This document shows positions 11,031 to 23,430 of a DNA stretch of 64,000 nt, one piece after another; the first letter of the stretch is position 1, and the number at the start of each line of letters is the position of its first letter. The notes under the pieces were generated by a model. That model ran no database searches and was not told the DNA's origin. It was given only the letters and a program-made list of their open reading frames with translations. The stretch is from Hemiscyllium ocellatum (taxonomy: Eukaryota): positions 50,719,181 through 50,783,180 of the forward strand of contig NC_083412.1 of NCBI RefSeq assembly GCF_020745735.1, written 5' to 3'. A program made the position numbers and the translations under genes.

Positions 11031-13069
11031 GCCTTCTGTATGGTAGGGTGGTGCAACACAGGCACAAAAAGCCGGACAGGATTCAATTGACATCTGCTTA
11101 TAGTAGATGTGACTTAGATGATGAGATCATTCATTGGCTGTAAATTTATGGCTGTCTGAAATGTACACAGCTGCTATTTATCCTTAGACTCAAATGAAAC
11201 TGTATCTGTAGGATTTTTTTCCTTCATCTGTCAAGCTATCCAATAAAAGTTAATGTTTTCAACTGTTTCAAGGCTTTCTAGCAGGTGTTGCTTCCATGTT
11301 GAACAATGACAAGATGTTCTACAATGCTGGGTGTTAGGGAAGAAGAAGCACTCACTCAGACAGAGCTTCAACATGGTACCGCACTACAAATAGGTCTGTT
11401 TGATTCTTGTAGCTGCAGTTACGGTGCCAACCAATCAGATGTAAAATAGCAATACACAACAAATATGCGATTCTGTTTCCATTGAAGTGTCACCCATTGC
11501 AGCTATGCGTCCTCAGATGCTTTTCTGTGCTGTTTCCCACACACTGGGTGTACTGTGAAGGGCTATTCACAATTGACAGTGATTGAACTGATGTGTAACA
11601 GGGCTTTAAATGTGTTGGAGGTGGCGAAAGTTCTCAGGAATGGCCAGTACCTCTACAGCTGGTGGACACATAGCAGTGCAAACATGGCACCATGGAGACG
11701 TGGTGCACATATAACGAGATGATCAGCGAAGAATTGTCCGATATAACTTGCTGGAGTTTACAGACAGAATCTTTGTGAAACTTCCCAAATATGACAGCTG
11801 ATTTTTGATAAAATTCAGCTCATGGATTTTGCTCAATAAGAACGTTTGTTAAATCAAACAGTTGGATTTTCATTGAACATGTCAACTAAAATGTTACAAT
11901 TAGTATTGAGGTTTCTGTGATGAACCAAAATGCAGCTTGGTAAAAGGTTTGTACAGAAGTCACCTGTTCTCACAGAAAGGTGTCTTTGCTGTTATGACAG
12001 AAGGGACTATCATCTTCTTTACAAATCATCCCTGTGGGACTATTAAATGGAGAAGTGATGGCGTGATATTCATTATCTTAGTTGCCGACAAATAAGAACT
12101 CCCTAATTACACTGACGAACAAAAAGTAGTGACAAGAACATTCTGCCACAAGTCATTTCCTTGGTACAAGCTAAACCTGCATAACTTTGCAATTACAAGT
12201 GGAATCAAGTGATTCATTGAATAAATGGGGAATAAGGCATGGGTTACAAAATTGCAAGTTAATCAGAGTGGAGATAGCATACACCATTTGTTAACAATGT
12301 TGCTGTGAATTTTTAAGCACTTTTCAGTGTGCTCTGCTTTGCAAATTCACGTTTCCTACTTCACTACAATTTTTTTTGCAATTTATAAATAAGTAGGAGG
12401 AAAAGCTAATATAAGGAAAACTGCTATAATTGAACTAAATGCTGTTGAAAACTGTTCTCTTTCCTAGAACCCCAGCAACATATCGCGAACACCAGCCTTG
12501 TAAACTTAAAATATATGAAGAGTGATGGGCAGAAAAAAACACCAATGATCCATCTCAGCTGCCCACCCAATTGTGTTACCTATAAACATGATTCACCCTC
12601 TCCCCTGCTCAGAGCAAGTAAATACCCAGGCCAATTTGAAGGAGCAAAATCTGTGGATTTTCTCTTCAACATACTTCCCCCATCGCCAGGTAATGCAAAT
12701 TAGTTCTGATCACTCTGACCTTGAATTTCTTACAGAATCTACTTTTTATGATAGATGATCTCTTCAATTGGGATAGGTTAAGCTCTCAAATAATTCAGTG
12801 AGTTGAGTCCAGTACATAAGCCAATAGACTCCACAGACCTACTATTCTCAGGGAAAGGAAACACATCTTGACACCTCACTGAGATCTGGACTTATGCAAA
12901 TTAAAGTTGTAACTCACAGTCCTTCTCAATCTATTAAATTGGAAGAAACTGCCAATTTGAGCATCTTCAATTTCCGTTGCCAATGTACAAGTCTCAAGCA
13001 GACCACATTCAAGTCTATTATAGGGAAAGTTTAAAAAAAATTACATAAATACTGAGAGAACAGGACTTG

Positions 13070-13715
13070 TTTGCATTTATAGAGACCTGAGGATCCTTGT
13101 ATCTGAAGTTAACAGCAGGTACAGCAAGTAATTAGATGAACGAATAGTATTTAGCTTTTATTTGGAAAGGATTGGAGCACAAACTTATACAGGACATTCA
13201 TGAGATTATACTTGTGATTTCCTGGTTGCCTTACAAGAAAGAGCAGACTTCATCTAGAGGAAATGCAAAAAACTTCTACTAGATTGGTTCATGGTATAAA
13301 AGAACAGTCCATTGAGGAGAGTTTGAGTAGATTGGATCCATACTTTTGGAGTGTGAAAGAATAAAAAGTGACTTCATTAAAATACGAAGACTTCTTCAAT
13401 GACCTGATACAGTGGACACTGAGAGAATATTGCCCCTAGCTGGGGAACCTAGAACATTAGGTCACGATCTGAGAATGAGGTGTTGGCTGGTTAGGTTTGA
13501 GATGATAGGAAAAAAATTCCAAGTTCTGAATCTTTTAAGTATCTAATGAGTTATCAATTCTCATTCACTGGACATATTTGAGACAGAGACCAGTAGATTT
13601 TTGAGTTGAACGGTCTTAAGAAAAATGGGGATAGTGCATGAAACTTGAGGTAGTAAATTGGTTATATTCTTGTCAAATGGGGAGCACGCAATAATCGTAT
13701 ATGCCACTAGACTAG
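13070..13715 (+). mobile_element. Old CR1 LINE 3' fragment
   Basis: Degenerate CR1 ORF2 C-terminal motifs. Confidence 0.6.
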
Positions 13716-13777
13716 CAGGTACAGTCAGTGACAAAACAGACTTTGAAGAGATAATGGGATCAAATTTATTGGAAATA

Positions 13778-13885
13778 TTTGTTCTGAAGAAGGATCGCTG
13801 GGTCTGAAATGTTAACTCTGATTTCTCTCCACAGGGGCTGCCAGACCTGCTGAGCTTTTCCAATGATTTCTGATTTTGTTTCTAA
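13778..13885 (+). mobile_element. PLE terminal fragment with the best-preserved hammerhead core
   Basis: GTT-CTGAAGA-A-GGATC-gctg-GGTCT-GAAATGTT-AAC is followed by the same terminal block as 10926-11030. Confidence 0.7.
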
Positions 13886-13944
13886 CTTGTTAGTGTTGCT
13901 CCATCCACAGTCTGTGCAGAGTGACATCAAGAACTTTTGCCCAA

Positions 13945-14240
13945 AAGAACATGATAACTAGGAGCAGGAGTAGACAATTGAGCCCCTTGAGCCTGCTCTG
14001 CCATTTAATATGATTATAGCTGATCTCAGCCTTAACTTCACTTTGCTGCCCTGTCCCTTAACCCTCACTCCATTACTAATTAAAAATCTGTCTATTTTAT
14101 TCAGTATCTTGGCATCCACCACACTCTGGGGTAGTGAGGGAAGTAATTCCTCAACTCTTCTATCCCCTAAAACTATGAGCTCTTATGCTACATTGTCAAC
14201 AGTGGGAAACATCCACTCTACATATATGTTATCAATCACT
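13945..14240 (-). mobile_element. Old CR1 LINE 3' end
   Basis: Reverse-complement CR1 tail (GGAGCAGGAGTAGAC...GCCCCTTGAGCCTGCTCTGCCATT). Confidence 0.6.
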
Positions 14241-14938
14241 TTAACAGCTTATCTACCTATGCATAGAGAAAATATCTCCCTGCGTCCACATGGTTGTTCT
14301 GCCTCACTGGACTAGCACACTAGAAATTAAGCCTTGCTATTGGCAAAGATAAAGTTAAAAATTTTATTAAAGTCTGCAAAATTCCCCAATTTACTTACTG
14401 TTTGTGTGCAGGTTGACAGAAAGCACAAACCATATTTCCTCGAATTCCAGGAGCAACATTTACTATTTTATATGATGTTGCATTATTTTGAAACTTGAGA
14501 AAAAATGTCAAAACAACAGCACTTTTAAAAGGGAGAAGAACAGACAAAGGAAGCACATGGTGAGGTCAGTACAGCAGAGAGAGAGAGAGAGAGAGAAAGA
14601 AATCCACATTACTAACTGAGAGAGCAGTGAAACTGTACGGTTACTGCCTTTGCTAGTTGAATTTATGTATCACTGGACATCGGAGTGCATTTGGGAAAAT
14701 TAAAAAACAGTGAAATTCAAAACTGACCTTGGAGGAACCTGTTTGGGTGAGGTCACAGCACAGAATCAAATAAGTGGATTTTAAGCGTGGCCTTAAAATA
14801 AGTTTACAGTAGTGATTAGAGTGAGTTCTTTCTTGATTCTATGTTTTATTGAGCTATGTCTCTTGACTAAACTTAAAATATAAGCCATAACTATTAATTT
14901 AACCTGAAGCAGTGTTTTGAAGAGGAATAAGAAGCAAA

Positions 14939-15869
14939 ATGGCCCTAAGTAGAGCGATATGTTCTTCTTGTCAGATATGGGCATTTAGGGAGAGTTTACA
15001 TGTTACTGAGGATCATATCTGCAATAAATGCCATTGGTTGTGAATCCTATCAGATCGAATGGATCAGTTGGAGAGGCAGTTGGAAGCAATGAGGAATCAA
15101 CAAGAGCTAGGGGATGTGATGGATGGCTGTTATAGGAAGAGGGTGGGGAAATCTCAGATACAGTTATATAGATGGGTTAACTCCAGGAAAGGTAACAGAG
15201 GTAGGCAGCTAGTGCAGGAGTCTTCTGTGGCTATCCCCATTTCAAACAAGTATGCTGTTTTGAAAATGTAGGGAGTGATGGATGCTTAAGGGAATGTAGC
15301 ACAAACAGCCAAGTTTCTGGAATTGAGACTGGCTCTAAAATAATGAGAGGCACGTTGGGTTCCAAGCGATCAATTGTGTTAGAGGACCCTCTAGTCCGCG
15401 ATACAAACAGATGTTTCTGTGGCCAACAGCGAAAAATCAGAATGGTGTGTTGCTTCCCTGGTGCCAGGATCAAGGATGTCTCAGAGAGGGTAAAAAATGT
15501 TCTCAAGGGAGAGAGGGATCAGCAGGAGGTCATTGTACACATTGGAACCAATGACATAGGAAGGGAAAAGGTTAAGATTCTGAAGGAGATAACAGAGAGT
15601 TAGGCAGGAATTTAAGAAGGTGGTCCTTGAGAGTAATAATATCTGATTTACTCACAGTGCTACAAGCTAGTGAGGGCAGGAATAGGAGGATAGAGCAGAG
15701 GAATGCGTGGCTGAGGAACTGGTGTATGGGAGAAGGATTCACATTTTTGGATCATTGGAAGCTGCTTTGGGATGACCTATACAAGAAGGATGGATTGCAC
15801 CTAAATTGGAAGGGGACTAATATATTGGCAGGGAGATTGGCTAAAACTGCTCGGGAGGATTTAAACTAG
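14939..15869 (+). pseudogene. LINE ORF1: C4 zinc finger + leucine zipper + SGNH esterase domain (disrupted)
   Basis: MALSRAICSSCQIW...ICNKC, then LSDRMDQLERQLEAM, then SGNH blocks (IVLED-, CFPGA, VHIGTND, DGLHLN), read across frameshifts. Confidence 0.85.
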
Positions 15870-15999
15870 TAAGGTGTGGGTGTGTGGGACTCAGGAATAT
15901 AGGAGAGAATGAGGAAAGAGATCAATCTGAGACTGATACAGTTGAAAACAAAGGTGAGTCGAGCAATCAGGGCAGGCAGGGACAAAGCAGAAAACAAGG

Positions 16000-18990
16000 T
16001 AGCACTGATAAATTAAACTGCATTTACTTCAATGGAAGAGGCCTAACAGGGAAGGCAGATGAACTCAGGGCATGGTTAGGAACATGAGACTGGGATATCG
16101 TATCAATTAAAGAAACATGGCTCCGGGATGGACAGGACTGGCAGCTTAATGTTCCACAGGAAGGATAGAAAGGGAGGCAAGTGAGGACAGAGAATGGCGT
16201 TTTAGATAAGGGATAGTATTACAGCTGTACTGAGAGAGGATATTCCCAGAAATACATTGAGGGAAGTTATTTGGATGGAACTAAGAAATAAGAAAGGAAT
16301 GATCACCTTATTGTGATTGTATATGGACCTCCTAACAGTCAGAGGGATATTGAGAAATAAATTTGTAAGGAGATCTCAGTCATCTGTAAGAATAATAGGA
16401 TGGTTGTGGAAGGGGATTTTAACTTTCCAAACATAGACTGGGACTACCATAGTGTTTAAGGTTTAGATGGAGAGCAATTTGTTAAGTGTATACAAGAAAA
16501 TTTTCTGATTTTGTACTTACCAGAGAAAGTGCAAAACTTGTCCTACTCTTGGGAAATAAGGCAGGACAGGTGAGTGAGATGTCAGTGGGAGAGCACTTTG
16601 AGGCCAGAGACCATAATTCTATTAGTTTTAAAATAGTGATAGAAAAGGATAGACCAGATCTAAAAGTTGAAGTTCTAAATTGGAGAGAGGCCAATTTTGA
16701 CGGTATTAGGCAAGAACTTTCAAAAGCTGATTGGGGACAGATGTTCACAGGTAAAGGGATGGCTGGAAAATGGGAAGCCTTTAGAAATTAGATAACGAGA
16801 GTCCAGAAAAGTATATTCCTGTTATGGTGAAAAGAAAGGCTGGAAGGTATATGGAATGCTGAATGACTAAAGAAATTGAGGTTTTTAGATTAGACTTACA
16901 GTGTGGAAACAGGCCCTTCGGCCCAACAAGTCCACACCGACCCGCCGAAGCGCAACCCACCCATACCCCTACATTTTTACCCCTTACCTAACACTACGGG
17001 CAATTTAGCTTGGCCAATTCACCTGACCCGCACATCTTTGGACTGTGGGAGGAAACCGGAGCACCCGGAGGAAACCCACGCAGACACGGGGAGAACGTGC
17101 AAACTCCACACAGTCAGTCGCCTGAGTCGGGAATTGAACCCGGGTCTACAGGCGCTGTGAGGCAGCAGTGCTAACCACTGTGCCACCGTGCCGCCCATTG
17201 GTTAAGAAAAAGAAGGAAGCATATGTCAGGTATACACAAGATAGATCGATTGAATCCTTAGAGTATAAATGCATTGAGTATCCTTAACAGAGAAATCAGG
17301 AGGGCAAAATGGGGACGTGAGATAGCTTTGGCAATTAGAATTTAGGAGAATCGAAAGTGTTTTGACAAATACATTAAGGACAAAAGGGTGACTGGGGAAA
17401 GAATAGGGCCCCTCAAATATCAGCAAAGCGGCCTTTGTGTGGAGCTGCAGGAGATGGGGAAAATACTAAGCGAGTATTTTGCATCAATATTTACTGTGAA
17501 AAAGGATATGGAAGATATAGACTGCAGGGAAATACGTGGTGACATCTTAAAAAATGTCCATATTACAGAGGAGGAAGTGCTGGATATCTTAAAACGGGTA
17601 AAGGTGCATAAATCCCCAGGACCTAATCAGGTGTACTCGAGAACTCTGTGGGAAGCTAGAGAAGTGAATGCTGAGACTCTTGCTGAGATATTTGTATCAT
17701 TGATAGTCACAAGTGAAATGCCGGAAGATTGGAGGTTGGCTAATGTGGTGCCACTGTTTAAGAAAGGTGGTAAGGACAAGCTGGGGAACTAGAGACCAGT
17801 GAGCCTGACATCAGTGGTGGGCAAGTTGTTGAAGGGAATCCTGAAGGACAGGACTGATTCGGGATAGTCAACATTGCTTTGTGCATGGGAAATCAGGTCT
17901 CACAAATTTGATTGAGTTTTTTGATGAGGATTGATGAAGACAGAACGGTAGGCGTTTGAAAAGGTTCCTGATGAGAGACTGGTTAGCAAGGTTAGTACTC
18001 ATGGAATACAGCAGGAACGAGCCATTTGGATACAGAACTGGCTCAAAGGTAGAAGGCAGTGGGTGGTGGTGAAGGGTTGTTTTTCAGAGTGGAGGCCTGT
18101 GACCAGTGGAGTGCCACGAGGATTGGTGCTGGGTCCACTACTTTTCATCATTTCTATAAATGATTTGGATATTGGCATAAGAGGTATGGTTAGTAAGTTT
18201 GCAGATGACACCAAACTTGGTGGTGTACTGGACGGCAAAGAAGGTTATCTCAGATTACAATGGGATCTTGATCAGATGGGCCAATGGACTGATGGAATTT
18301 AATTTAGATAAATACAAGGTGCTGCATTTTGGGAAAGCAAATCTTAGCAGGACTTATACACTGAATGGTAAGGTCCTAGGGAGTGTTGCTGAACAAAGAG
18401 ACCTTGGAGTGCAGGTTCATAACTCCTTGAAAGTGGAGCCGTAAGTAGATAGGATAGTGAAGAGGGCATTTGATCTGCTTTCCTTTATTGATCAGAGTAT
18501 TGAGTACAGGAGTTGGGAGGCTGTACAGGACATTGTTGGAGTATTGAGTGCAATTCTGGTCTCCTGCCTATCGGAAATTCTATTGTGGAACTTAAGATGT
18601 TGCCAGGGTTGGAGAATTTGAGCGACAGGGAGAGGTTGAATAGGCTATAGGGCTGTTTTCCCTGGAGCATCGGAAGCTGAGGGATGATCTTATAGGGGTT
18701 TATAAAATCATAAGAGGCATGGATACGATAAATAGACAAAGTCTTTTCCCTGGGGTGGGGGGGAAGTCCAGAACTAGAGGGCATAGTTTAGGGTGAGAGG
18801 TGAAAGGTATAAAAGAGACCTACGGGGCAACCTTTTCACACAGAGGGTGGTATCTATATGGAATAAGCTGCCAGAGGAAGTAGTGGAGGTTGGTACAATT
18901 CATTTAAAAATGAATTCATTCTGGATGGGTATATGAATAGGAAGGGTTTGGAGGGATATGGGCGGGTGCTGGCAGGTTGGACTAGATTGG
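16000..18990 (+). pseudogene. LINE ORF2: APE endonuclease + reverse transcriptase (disrupted)
   Basis: LNCIYFNGRGL...ETW, GDFNFP, KSPGPN, WRLANVVPLFKKG, SGVPRGLVLGPLLF, KFADDTK. Confidence 0.9.
16885..17196 (-). mobile_element. HE1-like V-SINE (tRNA-derived), young copy nested in LINE ORF2
   Basis: The minus strand starts GGGCGGCACGGTGGCACAGTGG (A box), then GGTTCAATTCC (B box), the V-domain GTGTGGAGTTTGCACGTTCTCCCCGTGTCTGCGTGGGTTTCC, a LINE-like tail and a TCTAA repeat. Confidence 0.9.
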
Positions 18991-21679
18991 GTTGGGATAC
19001 CTGGTCAGCATGGATGATTGGACCAAAGGGTCTGTTTCATCTGTACATCTCTATGGCTCTATGACTCTATAACTGGGGATCAAATGCTAACGATACGGGT
19101 GAGGCCGTTTAGGACTGAGAAGAGGATTAATTTCTTCATCCACAGAATGGTGACCCTTCTGGAATTCTCTGCAACTAAAAGCAGTTGAGGCCACAATTAC
19201 AACTGTTTCAAGATGGAAAAGATATAGTTCTTAGGACAAAAGAGATCAAAAGGTATGTGAACAAAAATGGGAGAAGAGTTGTGACTTGAATGGTTAGCCA
19301 TGATCATATTGCACTATGGGGCAGGCTCCAAGGGATGAATGCCCTCCTCTTGTCTGTCTGTTCTTGTTTCTATTCAGACCCCAACCTATTCAGTTCTGAG
19401 AGCCAGTCACAGCGTTGACAGGTAGATGGCCTTTGTCATCGATAATTGGTCCTTATTCCACAGACCAATCAGTTGCTTGTTTCCAGACAAATCTTCATTC
19501 TCACACAGACCCCTGGTTTCAGCTCATCACTCATCATACTTGCACTATTCTTTTTTCCTAAGAGGCTGGCATTTCGTCACCAAGTCACATGGAGATTCCT
19601 TGACATTGATCCAGCTTCCTTGACACTCCTAGACTTACACTGTTGCTTGAATAAGCACATGTGTTAACAATGCTAATAAGTGTCTGGTTACTTGGCTTTA
19701 AAAAGAGCAGTAATCATTCAACGATCCTTGGGTTTCAATACAGTTGTTCTTCCCTTTCAGTCCGCAATCAAAAATATAGTAAGATAACATGGTACAGTCT
19801 TCACACTATCATTGTTTAAAGACAAAGTAACTAAATTTCATGAATACCTTGGGTTTAACTTTATTTTAGAATGCTCCTGATTATAATTATGTGTATGAAG
19901 TATTCAATAATGCAAAATGGAATTAATATATTATGCATGGAATCTGTTCCATTCCAATTCTTGGTAGTGAGATTTATCATAAAAAAGAAATGGGTGAATG
20001 GGCCATAATCATTTGATAGTACTGAACTTGAGCATTGCTGAAAAAGGACGTATTTTGTCAAAAATGTTCACCTTGTACTCATTGAAACAACGCTTGAGAA
20101 TTGATTTGCTTGTTACACTTGTGAATTATCCTTAAGTACAAGATGAAAAATTTCAACAGAATGTGTCCTTTTCCCAACAATACTTTTCAATGAGCTGTGT
20201 CGACATTTATTTATTTTGCTGTTCAATTGGATGGCAATTTCAGGGTGGAACTGTTGAAAGAAATTATTCCCTTTTGAGCAAGCCTCTGCCCACAACACAC
20301 ATTCATTTCTGCCTGAGACTGTTTAGAGAAAAGGGCCCCAGAGTGCAGAACATGTGCACAATAATGAGCAACCTTGAAGTACTTAATTATTAGGATGAGG
20401 GGACATAATTAAAAATAACTTCCTTTCCATCTCAAGAACCTGAACATAAATCTATTTAGACAAATTAATACAGGTAGTCTCATTGATAGTAAATTGTTTT
20501 GAGCTAAATTACTTGAGTTAACTTGCTGTACTAGCAAAATATGGGAGCAATATCAAATTCCGTTCTTATGTAGCTCAGTAAGCAATTTCATTTACACATC
20601 ATAAGTAACATGGGAAATCAGTGAATGTAAACATCTTGCAGTGAAGATTTCCCATCTGTAAATATGATTTTTAGATGCATTCATGACAGTTTGAGCGAAA
20701 TTTGCATTGCATTTAGTTAGTGTTTGATGCTGTCACTGAGTGCCAAGTGGAAAATAGACCAGTCTTAAGCCCTGTAATTATTCCTTGACAAGTATTCATC
20801 GAGAAAAATAATTTTATTGTCATCTGTAAACGACTTCAAACATAACACATGTAGTCAAAAAATGCTGTTGAAGTATAATTATAGCTTAAATCTCAGCAAA
20901 AATACAAGTAGGAAAGCAACACTGTTTTGCAACTATTTGTTGGAGACTGAAATTCTTGATTTTGTTAATTTTTATAGAACAATGATGTAAGTATAAAATA
21001 TGATCCTTATTTGTGCTCCTGCCTTTTCTGCTAAAAGTGACAGAAGGAGGAATTCCTCTCCTGAGTCACATTCAGTTTCTCATGCAATGCACAAATACAA
21101 CTTACATTCACAAAATAATCCAAAGTTTGGATGACTCCGATACATTTGCTTCATTCCAAAATAGTTTAATTTTAGAGCAATTTTATTTAGGTTTGATGGT
21201 AATTAAACAGAAATGACATTATCACATTTGAGCCTAGATCCTCAAAAATACACATGATCGTTAATGATCGAGATTTCCATTTTCTTTATAAAGTTGTGTC
21301 AATTTGAATAACAATTGTTCTATTCCAGTGGTTCCAAATCATGGAGCTATTCGCTATTTATATTCACCCCGAACACTGTGTCGTGTGTTTACCCAATTTC
21401 AGCTCAATTATTAAGTAAACATTTGTGAAGAGAATTTTAAAAATTCATCCAGCAGAATTTTCCAAACAGAGGCTGGTTGAGGAATTTAAATTCGGAGGGA
21501 GGAAATCATTATTTTTCCTAAAGGCAGGTTAAAGTTTTGCTGTTATGTTCCCAGAACCTTTTGGGTGTGGTGATTTTCCTGACCTTAATGGTCAGGAACC
21601 TGTTTTGCATTCAATAGTATGTCATGAATATTCATTAAAACACCGGCACATTGGATTTGCATTGACAAATATAAGCAGC

Positions 21680-22900
21680 ACATTTTGAAGAAGTAACAAA
21701 GAGAATTGATGAGGGCAGAGCGGTGGACGTGCTCTATATGGAATTTTGTAATGTATTCAACAAGGTTCCTCATCTTAGACTGGTTAGTAAAATTAGATTT
21801 TATGGATTACAGGGAGAGCTAGCCATTTGGATACAGAACTGGCTTTTAGGTAGAAGACAGAGGGTGATAGTGTTGCGTTCATTTTCAGACTGGAGTCCTG
21901 TGACCAATGATGTGCCACAAGGATCTGTGCTTGGTCCACTGCTTTTCATCATTTATCTAAATGATTTGGATTTGACGATTGGAGGTATACTTAGTAAGTT
22001 TGCAGATGACACTAAAATTGAAGGTGCATTGGAAAGCAAAGAAGGTTACCTCAAAGTACCATGGATTTTGATCAGATGGGCAGTGGGCTAAGGAGTGACA
22101 GATGGAGTTTAATTTAGATAAATGTGAGATGCTGCATTATGGAAAAGCAAATCAGAGCAGGACTTATACACTTAATGGTAAGGTCCTGGGGAGTGTTGCC
22201 GAACAAAGAGACCTTGGAGTGCAGATTCATAGTTCCTTGAAAGTGGAGTGGTTGGTAAATAGGGTAGTGAAGAAGGCATTTAGTATGCTTTCCTTTATTG
22301 GACAGAGCATTGAATACAGGGGTTTGGAGGTCATGTTGCAGCTGTACAGGACACTGGTTAGACCAGTTTGGAATATTGCGTGCAATTCTGGTCTCCCTCC
22401 TATTGGAAGAATGTTGTGAAATTTGAAAGGGTTCAGAAAAGATTTACATAAATATTGCCAGGGTTGGAAGTTTTGAGCTACAGGGAAAGCTTGAATAGAC
22501 TGGGGCTGTTTTCCCTAGAGCATCGGAGATTGAGGGATGACATTATAGAGGTTTATAAAATCATGAGGGGCATAGATAGGGTAAATAGACAATATTGTTT
22601 CCCTCGGGTGGGGGAGTCCAGAACTAGAGGGCATAGGTTTAGAGTGAGAGGGGAAAGATTTAACAGGGATGGAAGGGACAACTGTTTCATGCAGAGGATT
22701 GTGCATGTGTGGAATGAGCTGCCAGAAGAAGTGGTGGAGGCTGTTGCAATTACAGCATATGGATGGCTATCTGAATAAGAAAGGTTGAGAGGAATATAGA
22801 CCAAGTGCTGGCAAATGGGACTAGATTAGTTTGGGATATCTGGTGAGCATGGACTAGTTGGACCGAACAGTCAGTTTTTGTGCGGTACATCTCGATGACT
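21680..22900 (+). mobile_element. CR1/HER1-like LINE, 5'-truncated (RT to 3' tail)
   Basis: ORFs 21723-22778 ([24 protein letters not shown]) plus the tail. Confidence 0.92.
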
Positions 22901-22909
22901 ATGTGTTCA

Positions 22910-23430
22910 AAAAGGAGAAAGTGAGGACTGCGGATGCTGGAGATCAGAACTGAAGAATGTGTTGCTGGAAAAGCGCAGCAGGTCAGGCAGCATCAAAGGA
23001 GCAGGAGAATCGATGTTTCCTGAAGAAGGGCTTTTAGATTAGATTACTTACAGTGTGGAAACAGGCCCTTCGGCCCAACAAGTCCACACTGACCCGCCGA
23101 AGCGCAACCCACCCATACCCCTACATTTACCCCTTACCTAACACTGCAGGCAATTTAGCACGGCCAATTCACCTGACCCGCACATCTTTGGACTGCGGGA
23201 GGAAACCGGAGCACCCAGAGGAAACCCACGCAGACACGGGGAGAACGTGCAAACTCCACACAGTCAGTCGCCTAAGTCGGGAATTGAACCCGGGTCTCAG
23301 GCGCTGTGAGGCAGCAGTGCCAACGACTGTGCCACCGTGCCGCCCATGTAGCTTGTGCCCAAATCGTCAACTCTCCTGCTCCTTTGATGCTGCCTGACCT
23401 GCTGCGCTTTTCCAGCAACACATTTTTCAG
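22910..23430. mobile_element. Palindromic PLE-terminus element flanked by the 11-bp TSD CTATGTGTTCA
   Basis: Inverted arms at ~22950-23019 and ~23361-23430. The TSD is at 22899-22909 and 23431-23441. The central hammerhead CTGAAGA-AGGGCTT|GTGCCC-AAATCGTC is split by a SINE. Confidence 0.8.
23034..23345 (-). mobile_element. HE1-like V-SINE, young copy
   Basis: Nearly identical to 16885-17196, with A/B boxes, V-domain and tail. Confidence 0.9.

Larger units (their letters stand above)
14400..19070 (+). mobile_element. Near full-length CR1/HER1-like LINE (inactivated)
   Basis: It has a 5'UTR with an (AG)n tract, ORF1, and ORF2 with APE and RT motifs, ending in the CTCTATGGCTCTATGACTCTA tail. 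It carries multiple stops and frameshifts. The 5' boundary is approximate. Confidence 0.9.

Noticed and set aside
11365-11430. QHGT...YG peptide reminiscent of a PARP catalytic motif
   Set aside because: Spacing and surrounding residues do not fit, a stop codon follows, and the match is too short to support.
17120-17196. tRNA-like A/B boxes suggesting tRNA genes (also ~23270-23345)
   Set aside because: These are SINE heads attached to a V-domain and LINE-like tail, not stand-alone tRNAs.
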